This document shows, piece after piece, positions 1 to 11,705 of a stretch of DNA of 64,000 bases; position 1 is the stretch's first letter, and each line of letters starts with the position of its first letter. The notes under the pieces are model-generated. The model saw nothing but the letters and a program-made list of their open reading frames with translations. It was not told the origin of the DNA and made no database searches. The DNA is from Chrysomallon squamiferum. Taxonomy: Eukaryota; Animalia; Mollusca. The DNA lies in assembly GCA_012295275.1 (NCBI GenBank), contig CM022672.1:31372001-31436000 (forward strand), read 5' to 3'. The position numbers were made by a program, and so were the translations under genes.

Positions 1-57
1 TCGAGACAATTCTGACCACCTTGTTACGTGTTCCCGCGTACATGTCCCAGTTCGAAG
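1..57 (-). other. Possible exon of a divergently oriented neighbouring gene, cut by the window edge
   Basis: The minus strand reads gattttctttacttaattaacag| (good acceptor) then CTTCGAACTGGGAC ATG TAC GCG GGA ACA CGT AAC AAG GTG GTC AGA ATT GTC TCG (MYAGTRNKVVRIVS, open to the edge; ATG at 43). Too short to identify. Confidence 0.3.
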
Positions 58-272
58 CTGTTAATTAAGTAAAGAAAATCTGTGGAGATCTTTTGATAAA
101 ATATCTTAGCATAATTATAGGTTGTATATTAGAATTGATTATTATATTCAAGTATAAATAAACACGTTAATTTTGATTGCTAGAAAAATCAATATATTAG
201 TGAAACGACGCCGCCTGCTTTTGTTGTTATTATTTGTGAAATGTTTAAAAATAAATAAATAAATAAATATAA

Positions 273-308
<36 letters not shown>

Positions 309-410
309 TAAACGATAAAAAGAATTCAGTTGTATCTAGCGTCCTCGGAGTATTCTAAACATCATTATGAGGTCACTGACCTTTGATCAGCTTGTTATCT
401 TTATTAACCT

Positions 411-449
<39 letters not shown>

Positions 450-659
450 CCACAAAAATAATAAATAAATAAATAAATAAAGTAGAGTTAATAAATAATA
501 ACAAAAAATAAAAAAAAAAAAAAATAATAATAAAAAAAAAGACTTTAGACGAAAATAAATAAACTTTTTGGAAGGCACTATATTGTTGTTGTTTTTGTTA
601 TTGACCTTATACGATATTTTGATAATTGTATTAATTTGTTTGCTACTACTTCGTTATTA

Positions 660-918
660 TAATGTTAATGTATCAGCGTAATATTGTTAGAAGGATTAGG
701 TTACTCGACTGCGGAATTGTAACAAATCTGGTGGTTATTTCGCAGCACAGACAAAAACCAGTCCAAAGTTCAAAGCTGCGTAATCTCGAATATTCACGTT
801 TCGCACGAAATAATGATTATGGTGCAAACGAGAAGGGCTGGGTTTTCGATGCGCATTTATTTATGTTTTTAATTATACAAATTTAGATGTGCCGGTTCTG
901 CTGTACGTTGAGGTGAGA
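660..918 (+). promoter_or_regulatory. Likely promoter and non-coding first exon of GPCPD1 copy A
   Basis: CpG-retaining stretch upstream of a CpG-poor gene body, ending in a donor AG|GTGAGA at 912/913; matching acceptor tttctag at 4442 ahead of the ATG exon. The TSS is not determinable from sequence. Confidence 0.5.
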
Positions 919-2206
919 TAGTGCATTATGTATGTAATGCAATATATAGACGAAATAGCAATTTTCATAAAAACTGGAGGTTATATATCTTAATTTTCAT
1001 CCGCTTTTTCTGACATTGAAATTACATCTCGTCATCAATGTTTACATTTGAGTGCTATTGTGCACCACATAACAAAACCCAAACAAACTGCATGAAAAGT
1101 CCGAATTTTGGTTATCTGACTGAACAGAAATCATTATAATAATAATTTGGAAGTTACCAGTTTTATTTTATTTAATAATCGATTGACAGAATGATGAAAA
1201 TCACTTTATGGAAGATCTGTCTCAGGTTTCAAGCTGCAGTAGTAGATCTGTTCAACCATACTGCTGTCATGAACATGTCACTTATAAATAAATGCTCATT
1301 GATAAAATAAATTATTTCAGTCCATCTGTTTTGATTAGATTAAAAGATGTAAATATATTTCAATACCTTTCAATATATTTCACTATGTACTTGGTTGTTT
1401 TGTTTTGCAGAATTTAACCTGTCTTGACCAGATTACTGAAGATAGATTTGCTGTAATCCAAACTTGTATCTATAACTCACAATATACTTTTTTAAAGGTT
1501 ATTATAATATTCTAATTACAAATTGTGACAAATATACTTGCAATATTTCTTCAGAGATATACAAATAAAACAGTATGCAGGTATAATTTTAAGATTTCAT
1601 GATTATATAAAAAATATTTCTCAGTGAATCTATTACATTTCTGCTGTTGAGTAACCTAGTCATTTTAAAAATATTATGTAGATGTATTAAAATTAAAATA
1701 ACACAGTAGCAGTAGTAAAAATAATAAGTTTCTTTTCTTTTTTTTTTTTTTTTTTGATAAAACCTGATATTAAAAATAGTAAGTATAATTTAATTTGAGT
1801 AATATACATGCTTTTCCAGAATGAATATGAAAAAGTTACAAAATTCTGTATTTGCACACTAGTCTGAAATAGTTATTTTTAAGTGACCTTTCATCAGACT
1901 CTGTAGTTTGGACAGAGGTACCTGGATGTGATCTGCATCATGGTTATAACTGGAACTGTCTCTGGATGCTTTTCTTTTGCAAGTCAGTAATCATAGTACA
2001 ATTACCACTGGATCTCTTGATGCATTTCCACCATAACAGTGTTTGCGAGTTGCATGTTTACTGAGATAAGTGAACCCCTCATGACAGATTTTGTTATTGT
2101 CGTTATTGTCATGAATAATTTACATATTAAAAGATTGTTTTGGTACCAGAGAAGGTTTTATAATACATAGCGAAGCACATTTTAACCTGGGATATTTTGT
2201 GTGCAG

Positions 2207-2296
2207 GTGAATTGAAGCTCTTTTCAGTGGATACTATTTACGACAGAAAGCCTATTTTTACATCTACTGTGATTACCTAAGTTGGCTCCACCCCAG
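2207..2296 (+). other. Candidate alternative 5'UTR exon of GPCPD1 copy A
   Basis: Acceptor ttttgtgtgcag| at 2206 and donor CAG|GTATGA at 2296/2297 flank 90 nt; no recognisable GPCPD1 coding similarity. Confidence 0.25.
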
Positions 2297-3079
2297 GTAT
2301 GACAGGAAAGAAACATTCATTAATCTATTATCATATTTACACCTGATCTCTTTTTTTTTTCACTGACATCTGTCTTTAATCTAGCCTAACTTTCTACAGT
2401 AATATAAGGTTCTAAAACCATTCTTAAATTATTATTATTATTATATTTATTTGTTTCCTATATTAAATAATAAATTATCAAATTATCTAACTTTTTTAAT
2501 TTTTTTCTACCTTGAAAATTTGAGTTTCTCAACTTTCTTTTTTTTTCTTCCATGAATTGTGATTGTTTTTATTTCCACAATATTCCAAAACATTTGCCTT
2601 TTCTATAAAATAAAATATATGTAATAAATATTTTATTTCCAGCAGCTGGAATCTTTTAGGGTGTAATGAAATAGAAATAATGCTGTTTGTCATTCTTAGT
2701 TGTTATAATACTGGTGTCAGCAGTAATCAGATATTTTATTTTATTTGATGTGCACTGATTGCTGTACACAGAAGCACAAGCTAAGGTTTTTACTGGGTTC
2801 CAAAGTGATTGAAAAGGCAACATTATCTGTCAGGTAAATTTAAATATGCTCCAGTTGGCACACTTTAAAAGCCACAACCTGTAAAGTTTGTATGTGTGTA
2901 TAAAAAAAATTCTTAATTTATAACCAAAGGGAAAGACTCCATGTTTGAATGTTTTAAGCTTACTTGGATTCATGTTTGATATCTTTCACTTTTGGTTATA
3001 AAGATATGAAATGGCTTTTCTTTATTCTTTTCATCTTCATTTCTTTTATTCATTTTCTTTTTTTTTTTATCAAAAATAA

Positions 3080-3130
<51 letters not shown>

Positions 3131-3941
3131 AAGAAAATAGATAGTGTAAACAGTAAAACTACCTCACCTGTGAAAATAAATGGGAAATATCGAAACATTG
3201 TTTTTCTTCACAGTGGTCTTGTAATTTCAGAAGAGTGTTCTGTTTTTATTGGTGATGCTAGAAAAATGCTTGTAAATGCATGAGTAATAAACAGGTTAAT
3301 CAGTTTTGTACAAATTAATTACAAATAAGAGTAAAGTCAAAACATTAACAAACAAAATTAAACTGTGGATGAAAATGGTTTTGTGTGGAAAAGCATTAAA
3401 ATAATTTTGAAAGTCCTAATAGAATATACTTGATTAGTATGTTAAATAAAAAACTACTACTTGGTTTTGGAGTTGTATTATTAATCATTTTATGCTCTAC
3501 TAATTACAGAAACCAAATGGATCTCATTCATAATAAAATATTTCAACTTCTTATTATTGTTGTAAAATATGACGTATCTTTGAAATTTAACAAAATGATG
3601 ATAAAATAAGAAACAGATATTGTATTTCTATTGATTAATGTTCAGTAGGAACATAAATGTATTATCGTAATGGACATACAGCATGCAGTTTTTCACTGTA
3701 GTGTTTCACTGAACTTAAGATTAACAAAACAAATATATAAATCAACATGGTAATCTCATAGCATTGAATGCTTGTCACAACATGTCAGAGATTAGGTATA
3801 TCAGAGACAAAACTATCCTTTTTCAATTAATATTCTTTTTAATCTGACTTGTGCCTGTTTTTACAGTGTTTGCAGATATTGTGATTGGTTTTATAGCAGT
3901 ATACAGACTTTGGCTTTTCTGTTTTGTTTATACTGGACAAT

Positions 3942-4074
3942 AAAAACTACCAGAATATTATTATTAAAATACTTTATTGTATATTAAAAACTATCAGAAT
4001 ATTGTTATTAAAATACTTTATTGTATATTAAAAACTATCAGAATATTGTTATTAAAATACTTTATTGTATATTA
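3942..4074. repeat. 44-bp tandem repeat, 3 copies
   Basis: AAAAACTATCAGAATATTGTTATTAAAATACTTTATTGTATATT starts at 3942, 3986 and 4030. Confidence 0.9.
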
Positions 4075-4523
4075 ACATACTTAAGAACAATCAAAACATT
4101 TGCAATAAAATAGTTATATATATATATATATATATAATTTCATATGAAATGCTGAACTTGTACCACTATAATACTTTTAAAATAGTTATTATATTATATT
4201 TTTTTTTCAATATTAACAATTTTATTACAAGTGTAAAATGATCTTAAGAAGTTAAATGCTAACTTATCACATGCTATATAATGAATACTTTGTTTAAAAC
4301 AGTCTCATTATTTATTTTTGGGGGGGATTCACAATTTTTCACAAGGATAAAATTAATATCTGAAATTCTGAACACTCACTAGCTTTATAATGTATCTACT
4401 TTTGTTTAAAAATATTTGTTATTATTTTATTTTATTTTCTAGATTCGCAAAAGTTCACAAGGATAAAATGAAGAAGAACTGAAAGGATTGTTACTACCAC
4501 TGCTACCTCGTCACATAAACAGA

Positions 4524-5029
4524 ATGGTTCTTCCCTACAGTATCACTTTTAGTGTGAGTGCCTCTGCACAGTGCAACGATGTAGTCTGTGTGGTTGGTAG
4601 CTGTTCTGAGCTAGGAGACTGGGACCATGAGAGAGCAGTGTTGTTGGAAAAACAGTCGGCCGGTGATAGGTGAGACATTTTTAAAAATATAAACGGGGGG
4701 GGAAATGCTACAGATATGAAGTAAACATTTTTCTAAATTTTAATATTATATTTGGTAAATACAGTTATTATTTTATTATTAATGTTTTTGTTATTATTGT
4801 TAGTAGTAGTGGTGTATCACAATAGGTTAACAGTTGTCGTTAATTTGGTTAAATCATTGATTTCATTGAAGTGTATTTTCATGAAAACAAGGAATATATA
4901 TATATTAGTGTGAAAGCACTGATGTTATTGAATTCCTTGTTCTTATATATATATATAAAACAGTATTTCCCAGTAATAAAATTACTGTCTTTTTCTGTAT
5001 GCTAAATAAACTTTGCACTGTAGTCTGTG

Positions 5030-5069
<40 letters not shown>

Positions 5070-5137
5070 AGCAATATATATGTTTTTATGCAATAGTTCA
5101 AAATTATTCTAGTAACATTAATATACTCCTTATTTTT

Positions 5138-5173
<36 letters not shown>

Positions 5174-6037
5174 TTGAAATGTTAATGAATTCAAATTGAG
5201 TCATCTGTTTCTTTTCAGCAACATTTGGTCTGAAACTGTGAATGTCAGCCATTTTGGATGCATTGAATACCGCTTCTTCATAGGCCGATTCTTAGACTGC
5301 GATGCGGACGAGAAGAAATTCAAACTGACCGTTGTCCAGTGGGAGACTCACACCAACCCACGCTCTTTCATATTAAATGGTTTGTGTTTTATTTCTTTTT
5401 AATCACGTTTGTTCTTATTACTGATGACAGTGTTGCAAATACACTTCTGTTAATAATTTAATTTTATTTGGAAAGTTCAGGGTGTTTTTTTGTTATTATT
5501 TTTTTTTAAATATTATTCCCTAGGGAAATCGGACCTGGTGTAATTTTGTGTTTTGTATTATTTTAATTTATTTTTTAATTTTTTAATTTTTTGTTGGGGT
5601 GGGGGCAGCATTGCAGGGGTTTACATTATTTTTATTCTAAAATCCAAAAATCTAAATAAATTTTTTTTTAAATTAATTTTTAATAATTTTTATTAAGATA
5701 AATTTTATTTTTTTATTTTAGAATCCATAATTTTACCACTTGCTGAATTCGGGATATGTGGTAAGTAAACAGTTTATTGGCTCTTTTTTTTTAAACTTTT
5801 TTTTAAAGTAAGTTTAACTCTTTTCTTGCAGGAATACATTTATCAAACTGTGACGCTGTTAAAATTCAGTGTATCTTCTTTTTTTTCAGCTATAACAAGT
5901 TTTATTTTTATGTTTCTATGATGTTTTTTTTTTTTTTTAATTTTCCCAGAGCTTTCAAATTGGTTTTAAAAGAAAAGTTAAATATAATCAACAGATTCCT
6001 ATCGTTTTCTTTTTAAGTGAATGTTTTTGGAGACTAT

Positions 6038-6072
<35 letters not shown>

Positions 6073-7611
6073 ATTATTTTGTTTTTTTTTTTTTTTTGTG
6101 ATGATAATTAGTATTATTCTGTTGTTCCCTTAATTTGAAAGCTCTGAACAATTACATAGGATCACATTTTGCATATTAGATAAATCAAGGTGCAGAATTA
6201 ATGATTACAGAATACATTGGAGTGGGCTTTAACACAGCTTGGTGAATCCATAGTCTGCCATTTGATCTAATCTTACTGCTGCTTTGTTTTTTTTTATATG
6301 TATGGGAAGGCGCACCAAAATAAATCACTTGCTGCTAATTAGTAAGAGTAATATTTTATTACAGACAATAACTTTGATAACGTAACTGATTTGTGCTGAA
6401 AAGTGATAAGAATAATACAGAATAAATGTGTCCTGTTTTATTTTAGGTAGAAATCGTGGATTTAAAAACAATGAATTAAAACATGAGAGTTACTCAAATA
6501 ATCCATAAGTGTGTATTGTAGATTCTGCTTAAAGTACAGTGTAACAGTTACCACTCCTGTAAATTTAAAAGAAGTATGTGTGTGTTTGTTAAATGTGACA
6601 TGCATTTTGTATTCACTTTTCACAAAAAAAACATTTAATTAAGTAGTTTGTAACTTAGAAGAGATATCATTATTACTATTATTATTTTTTTTAATAAAAA
6701 TGGAAAAATACAAAAATGTACTATAGCGTTAATTTCATGAAAATATATACATATAAATGATACAAGTTTTGGATAATTCCATATAGTTGCATCTGAAATA
6801 TCTTTTAGGCATTAAATAAGCCTTATAATTCAGAAAATATATTTTTAAAAATAAATTTCATTTTCTGTTTTTTTTTTCCTATTTAATTTATATTTAATAC
6901 ATGTTTTGTTAGGAGTATTAATATGAAACAAGAAAAAAATTGCTGTTTAAAATGAAGTAAAGATTGCAAATAAAAATATGGATTTAGACTTTGCAAATTA
7001 CTAAAACTTACTAAACAGTCAATAGCTGTAGCTAAAAACAGAACATACTGTTCTGGTTTGAAGTACTAATAAGTATAATTTTTATACAGACCATAATAAT
7101 CTATGTTTGAAAATATCTATGATTTATAACACATTTTATCACCATGGAATATTTCAAACTTTGCTGAGTATTTACTCCTATGCGATATATTACCAGCAGT
7201 TCTTACTGTAGTTTTTTTCGTTTTTTTTTTTATATATACCTACAATCCCTGCTTCTTAGTACTAATTTTATTACTTACTCTTTACTTCCAATAGCATGTT
7301 TTTCTTCTGGTTAAAGTTAGTACTAATGCATAGTACCTATGCACAGTAATCAGGAATAATTGTGTTTATCTGTAAGTACTAATTTATATATTTTTAAACT
7401 GCATGGAAATATAACCTGGGTCAAAGTTCAGATTACTTTTTTCTTCTTATTTTTATTTTTATTTTTATTTTTATTTTTGTCAACTTGCTTAATGCTTTGT
7501 AAGAATAGAATATTGTGTTTATTAAAACTGCTACCATCCCATAATTATTTTTTATTTATTTGAAAGCTGAAATATTCAAAAGATAATAATGACATGAATA
7601 TTTTTTTTTGA

Positions 7612-7644
<33 letters not shown>

Positions 7645-7872
7645 GTTTTTGTTTTGTTTTTTAAAGTAAAGTTTGAAATGAGCCTTTAGAACTATAAATA
7701 AAATTTACTGTTTGATTGATGTGACAGGGTGAATTTTGTGACATATATATATTGTGTACAGTGATAATTGTATGAAATATAATTTTGATCTCTTGTGAAC
7801 CATGTTTTCTTTCTTTTCTGTTTTTCTTTGAAGGATCGGACACAGGTATTTTGTGTAGATACATCCAACTCC

Positions 7873-7904
<32 letters not shown>

Positions 7905-7905
7905 T

Positions 7906-7962
<57 letters not shown>

Positions 7963-8632
7963 ACCTGCTGATGACAGTGTTTTTTCAGCTAGTCTTCTCA
8001 ACTCCTCTGATATTGTCTTTGCATATCCAGCCACAAGGTTCACTTTGAGAAATGATGCCATTTTACCCATTTATTTAATCAGTAGGTTTTAATTTCAATT
8101 TCAGATTGATTAACATCCTGGAGGCTTTACCCACAGGAAACTTCCAGGAGGTGCTCTTCTGTCACGCCTTTGAAGCAGATGGCCATTTATGGGATGTCCA
8201 CCAAATTAGCTTGTTCAGCTTTTAATCAAAACTCATTTACAGATTTGAAATTATCTTACTGTGCAGAGTTCTGTATGCTCAAGCCAATGCTTTATAATTA
8301 GTTTTTGGCAATGGCTTAGAGTGCAAGACCTGTATAATTATTTTCAGCCATTGTCAAGTTGGGTAGCTTGACTTTACATGTAAGTTAGACTTCTTCTATC
8401 ATTATATATAATAATAAAAAAATCCAAAAAAAAAGAAAAAAAAAAATCCTCTGAAAATGAAATGCATTGTAAAATAAATATATATGCAAACGATAAATAA
8501 ATAAATAAATAAAAAAATGAAAAAAAAATGAAAAAAAAAAAAAAAAACAATACCTAAGAATTGAGGAAATGTAATGAATCTGTAAAAAAAAAAAAAAAAA
8601 ATTAAATATTACTCAATAAATTTCCTCTTTTT

Positions 8633-8666
<34 letters not shown>

Positions 8667-11600
8667 ATATCTTCTGTTTCTGGCATGTGAATTGTTGAAT
8701 TTCATATTTACATTTTCAGAATATGCACCTGTTTTCATTTGTGAAAGTGAAGGTGAAAATTCGCATGCCAGATGCGCAGTTTCATGTTGTATATTTATCT
8801 TAATTTTATTTTCTTATTTATATATATATATATAATATTATATATATTATTTTTTATTTATTTTTAAATGATCATTATCAGTATAATTATAATTTTTAAA
8901 TTTTGAAAGATCATTTATAAATCAGACATTGCCACGTTTGTACATGATGAAATAACTGTATGCTCACTCCAACTTACATGTGTCAGGTTTGTTTGGCACT
9001 AGACTACACTGAACCACGAACCTCGTCAAATTATTGTACAAATGTCTGCCAGGCTGACGTAGGACTGGATGGTCTAAGATCATCTTAATGGCGTGTTCCA
9101 TTTTACTTTGCATTAGACTCTTGTCCTGCTCAGTTCAGTGGTTAATAATACTTTTTTTTTAAATTTCTGTTTTAGATGGTATCAAGAGTGTCACCAATGG
9201 TTGGCTTACAGGCCAGACAAACATGCAGCTGCGTATCCACGGAAACCCAATAAAGATGTGGAAGAACAGATACCATGGGCAGATGTATCGCATCAAATGT
9301 GTGCCAATGGACTACCGACCTCATTCTGTGAGTTATTCCTTTTCTGAATGCTTGAATTTGTGAGTGTTGCATGTTTTAATCTACAGCCATGTTCTGAAAC
9401 AAATTAAGTTTAAATGTGTGTATGTTAAACCTCGGCGATTGGTCTGTGTGACCAGTTATTTATTGATTAGTGCTTATTGAGGTGCCAGTTACTAGAACAT
9501 TCACAAAAGAGGGGATTTTAATGGCATACATTAAAATGTAAAATGTACAGATATGACCAGTTATTTAGATTGATTAGTGCAAGTATTTCTGGTTACTAGC
9601 AGTTACCAAGCCAATTTTTTGCGTTCAGCTTCAAAAACCGCCACTATTTTAATTTTCACCTCGTGTACATTGCAGGGCCTTTGACTGTGACGATGATACA
9701 GAGAAGGATGTTCACTGTTAACGCAAGAACAACCGGGTTTGTCCCAGAGCCATTGGACTGTATTTGTCCTTATTAATAACATTAGTATAAGAATAGGTTT
9801 ACTGTATTTGTTTTTCTTAATAATAACGTTAGTATAAGAATAGGTTTACTGTATTTGTTTTTCTTAATAACATCAGGATAATAATAGGTTTACTGTATTT
9901 GTCCTTCTTAATAACATTAGTATAAGAACAGGATTTTACTGTATTTGTTTTTCTTAATAACATTAGGATAATAATAGTTTTACTGTATTTGTCCTTCTTA
10001 ATAACATCAGGATAACAATAGGTTTACTGTATTTGTCCTTCTTAATAACATTAGTATAAGAACAGGATTTTACTGTATTTGTTTTTCTTAATAACATTAG
10101 TATAATAATAGTTTTACTGTATTTATCCTTCTTAATAACATTAGGATAATAATAGTTTTACTGTATTTGTCCTTCTTAATAACATTAGGATAATAATAGT
10201 TTTACTGTATTTGTCCTTCTTAATAACAATAGGATAACAATAGGTTTACTGTATTTGTCCTTCTTAATAACATTAGGATAATAATAGGTTTACTGTATTT
10301 GTCCTTCTTAATAACATCAGGATAATAATAGTTTTACTGTATTTGTCCTTCTTAATAACATTAGGATAATAATAGTTTTACTGTATTTGTCCTTCTTAAT
10401 AACATCAGGATAACTATAGGTTTACTGTATTTGTTCTTCTTAATAACATTAGGATAATAATATGTTTACTGTATTTGTTTTTCTCAATAACATTAGGATA
10501 ACAATAGGTTTACTGTATTTGTTCTTCTTAATAACATTAGGATAATAATAGGTTTACTGTATTTGTTCTTCTTAATTAGATTAAGGTAACAATAGGTTTA
10601 CCATATTTGTTTGTTATAATCTGATTTGTTATTTCATTGTAGTTATAGATGACATTTTACTGTTTAAGGTTCTGAATACAGCCGATTCTGTGCCCAGGGT
10701 CCAGGAATCATACGGGAATGTTTTCAATGCTGGTGATTATTTAGTGTTCAATGTGCAGTCTTTTCATCCAGAATATCTAGTGAGTTTGTCATTTCTCTCT
10801 TCATAGACACTTTGATATTGTTTTTATGTAGCGAAAAAGATTCTCTGTTTCTTTTACTGTGCAAATAAACTTAAAGGGTATAACACATTGTATTTTTTAT
10901 TTCATTAATGAACAGAAAATAATATTTACGATTTTATCAAATAAAAGAAAATGAGCAAAATGACTGGAAAATATAGGAATTGTGTCTGAAACAAATTTGT
11001 TATAAAACTGTAACCAGTAATTCTTGTAATGAGTTTATAATGAACGCTAAGAAATACTCTGGTAAAAAAAAATGATGTTCCTCAGATATAAAAATAATAA
11101 CAAAAGTATAATGGTTGAACATTTAGCTAATTATGACTTTCCAGGGATTTCAGTTGGAGTTCTATGTACATGACTCCCCCAGCCCCAGTGACATGGTGCC
11201 CAAGTACATAGGCTTCGCTCACATTCTGCCAATGAGGACAAAGACATCACTGATGCTGGGCCTGAGGGTACCTATAATGGGTCTGAAACATAAACCTATT
11301 GGAGAAATTAGTGGTAAGAAGTAACCCTGGGCATTTAATTCAGAACGAAATAGCTGTGCATTCACATTTACAATATTACAGTCAAGTGTGTGTGTGTGTG
11401 TGAATGAATTTGTTTGTGTTTGTGTGTGTCTGTGTGAATGAATTTGTTTTTTTATATATTGCAGATTTTGTATCACATTTTGGATGTTCCATTAAGTTTG
11501 CTAATTTTCATTAATTTCAGGTTGTTGTTTTTTTAGTGTTTTTTTATTAACAAACATTGGAGATTATCTTTGATTTCAAATAAATGTTAATTAATTTTTT

Positions 11601-11670
11601 ATAAAATAAAATCCTTCAGTGTTAGTTATTCAAGCAAAACCAGTTTGACAATAATTATTACTGGTTTCAG

Positions 11671-11705
<35 letters not shown>

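Noticed and set aside
8944-9060. Box C/D-like ATGATGA...CTGA pair, and TTTGGCACTAG (miR-96-like 5' end) in a loose hairpin
   Set aside because: No terminal stem for a snoRNA; the miRNA match stops after 11 nt and the hairpin is too bulged with too large a loop.
9676-9736. Three in-frame TGA codons as possible selenocysteines
   Set aside because: GPCPD1 is not a known selenoprotein, the alternative frame looks more protein-like, and I identified no SECIS element.
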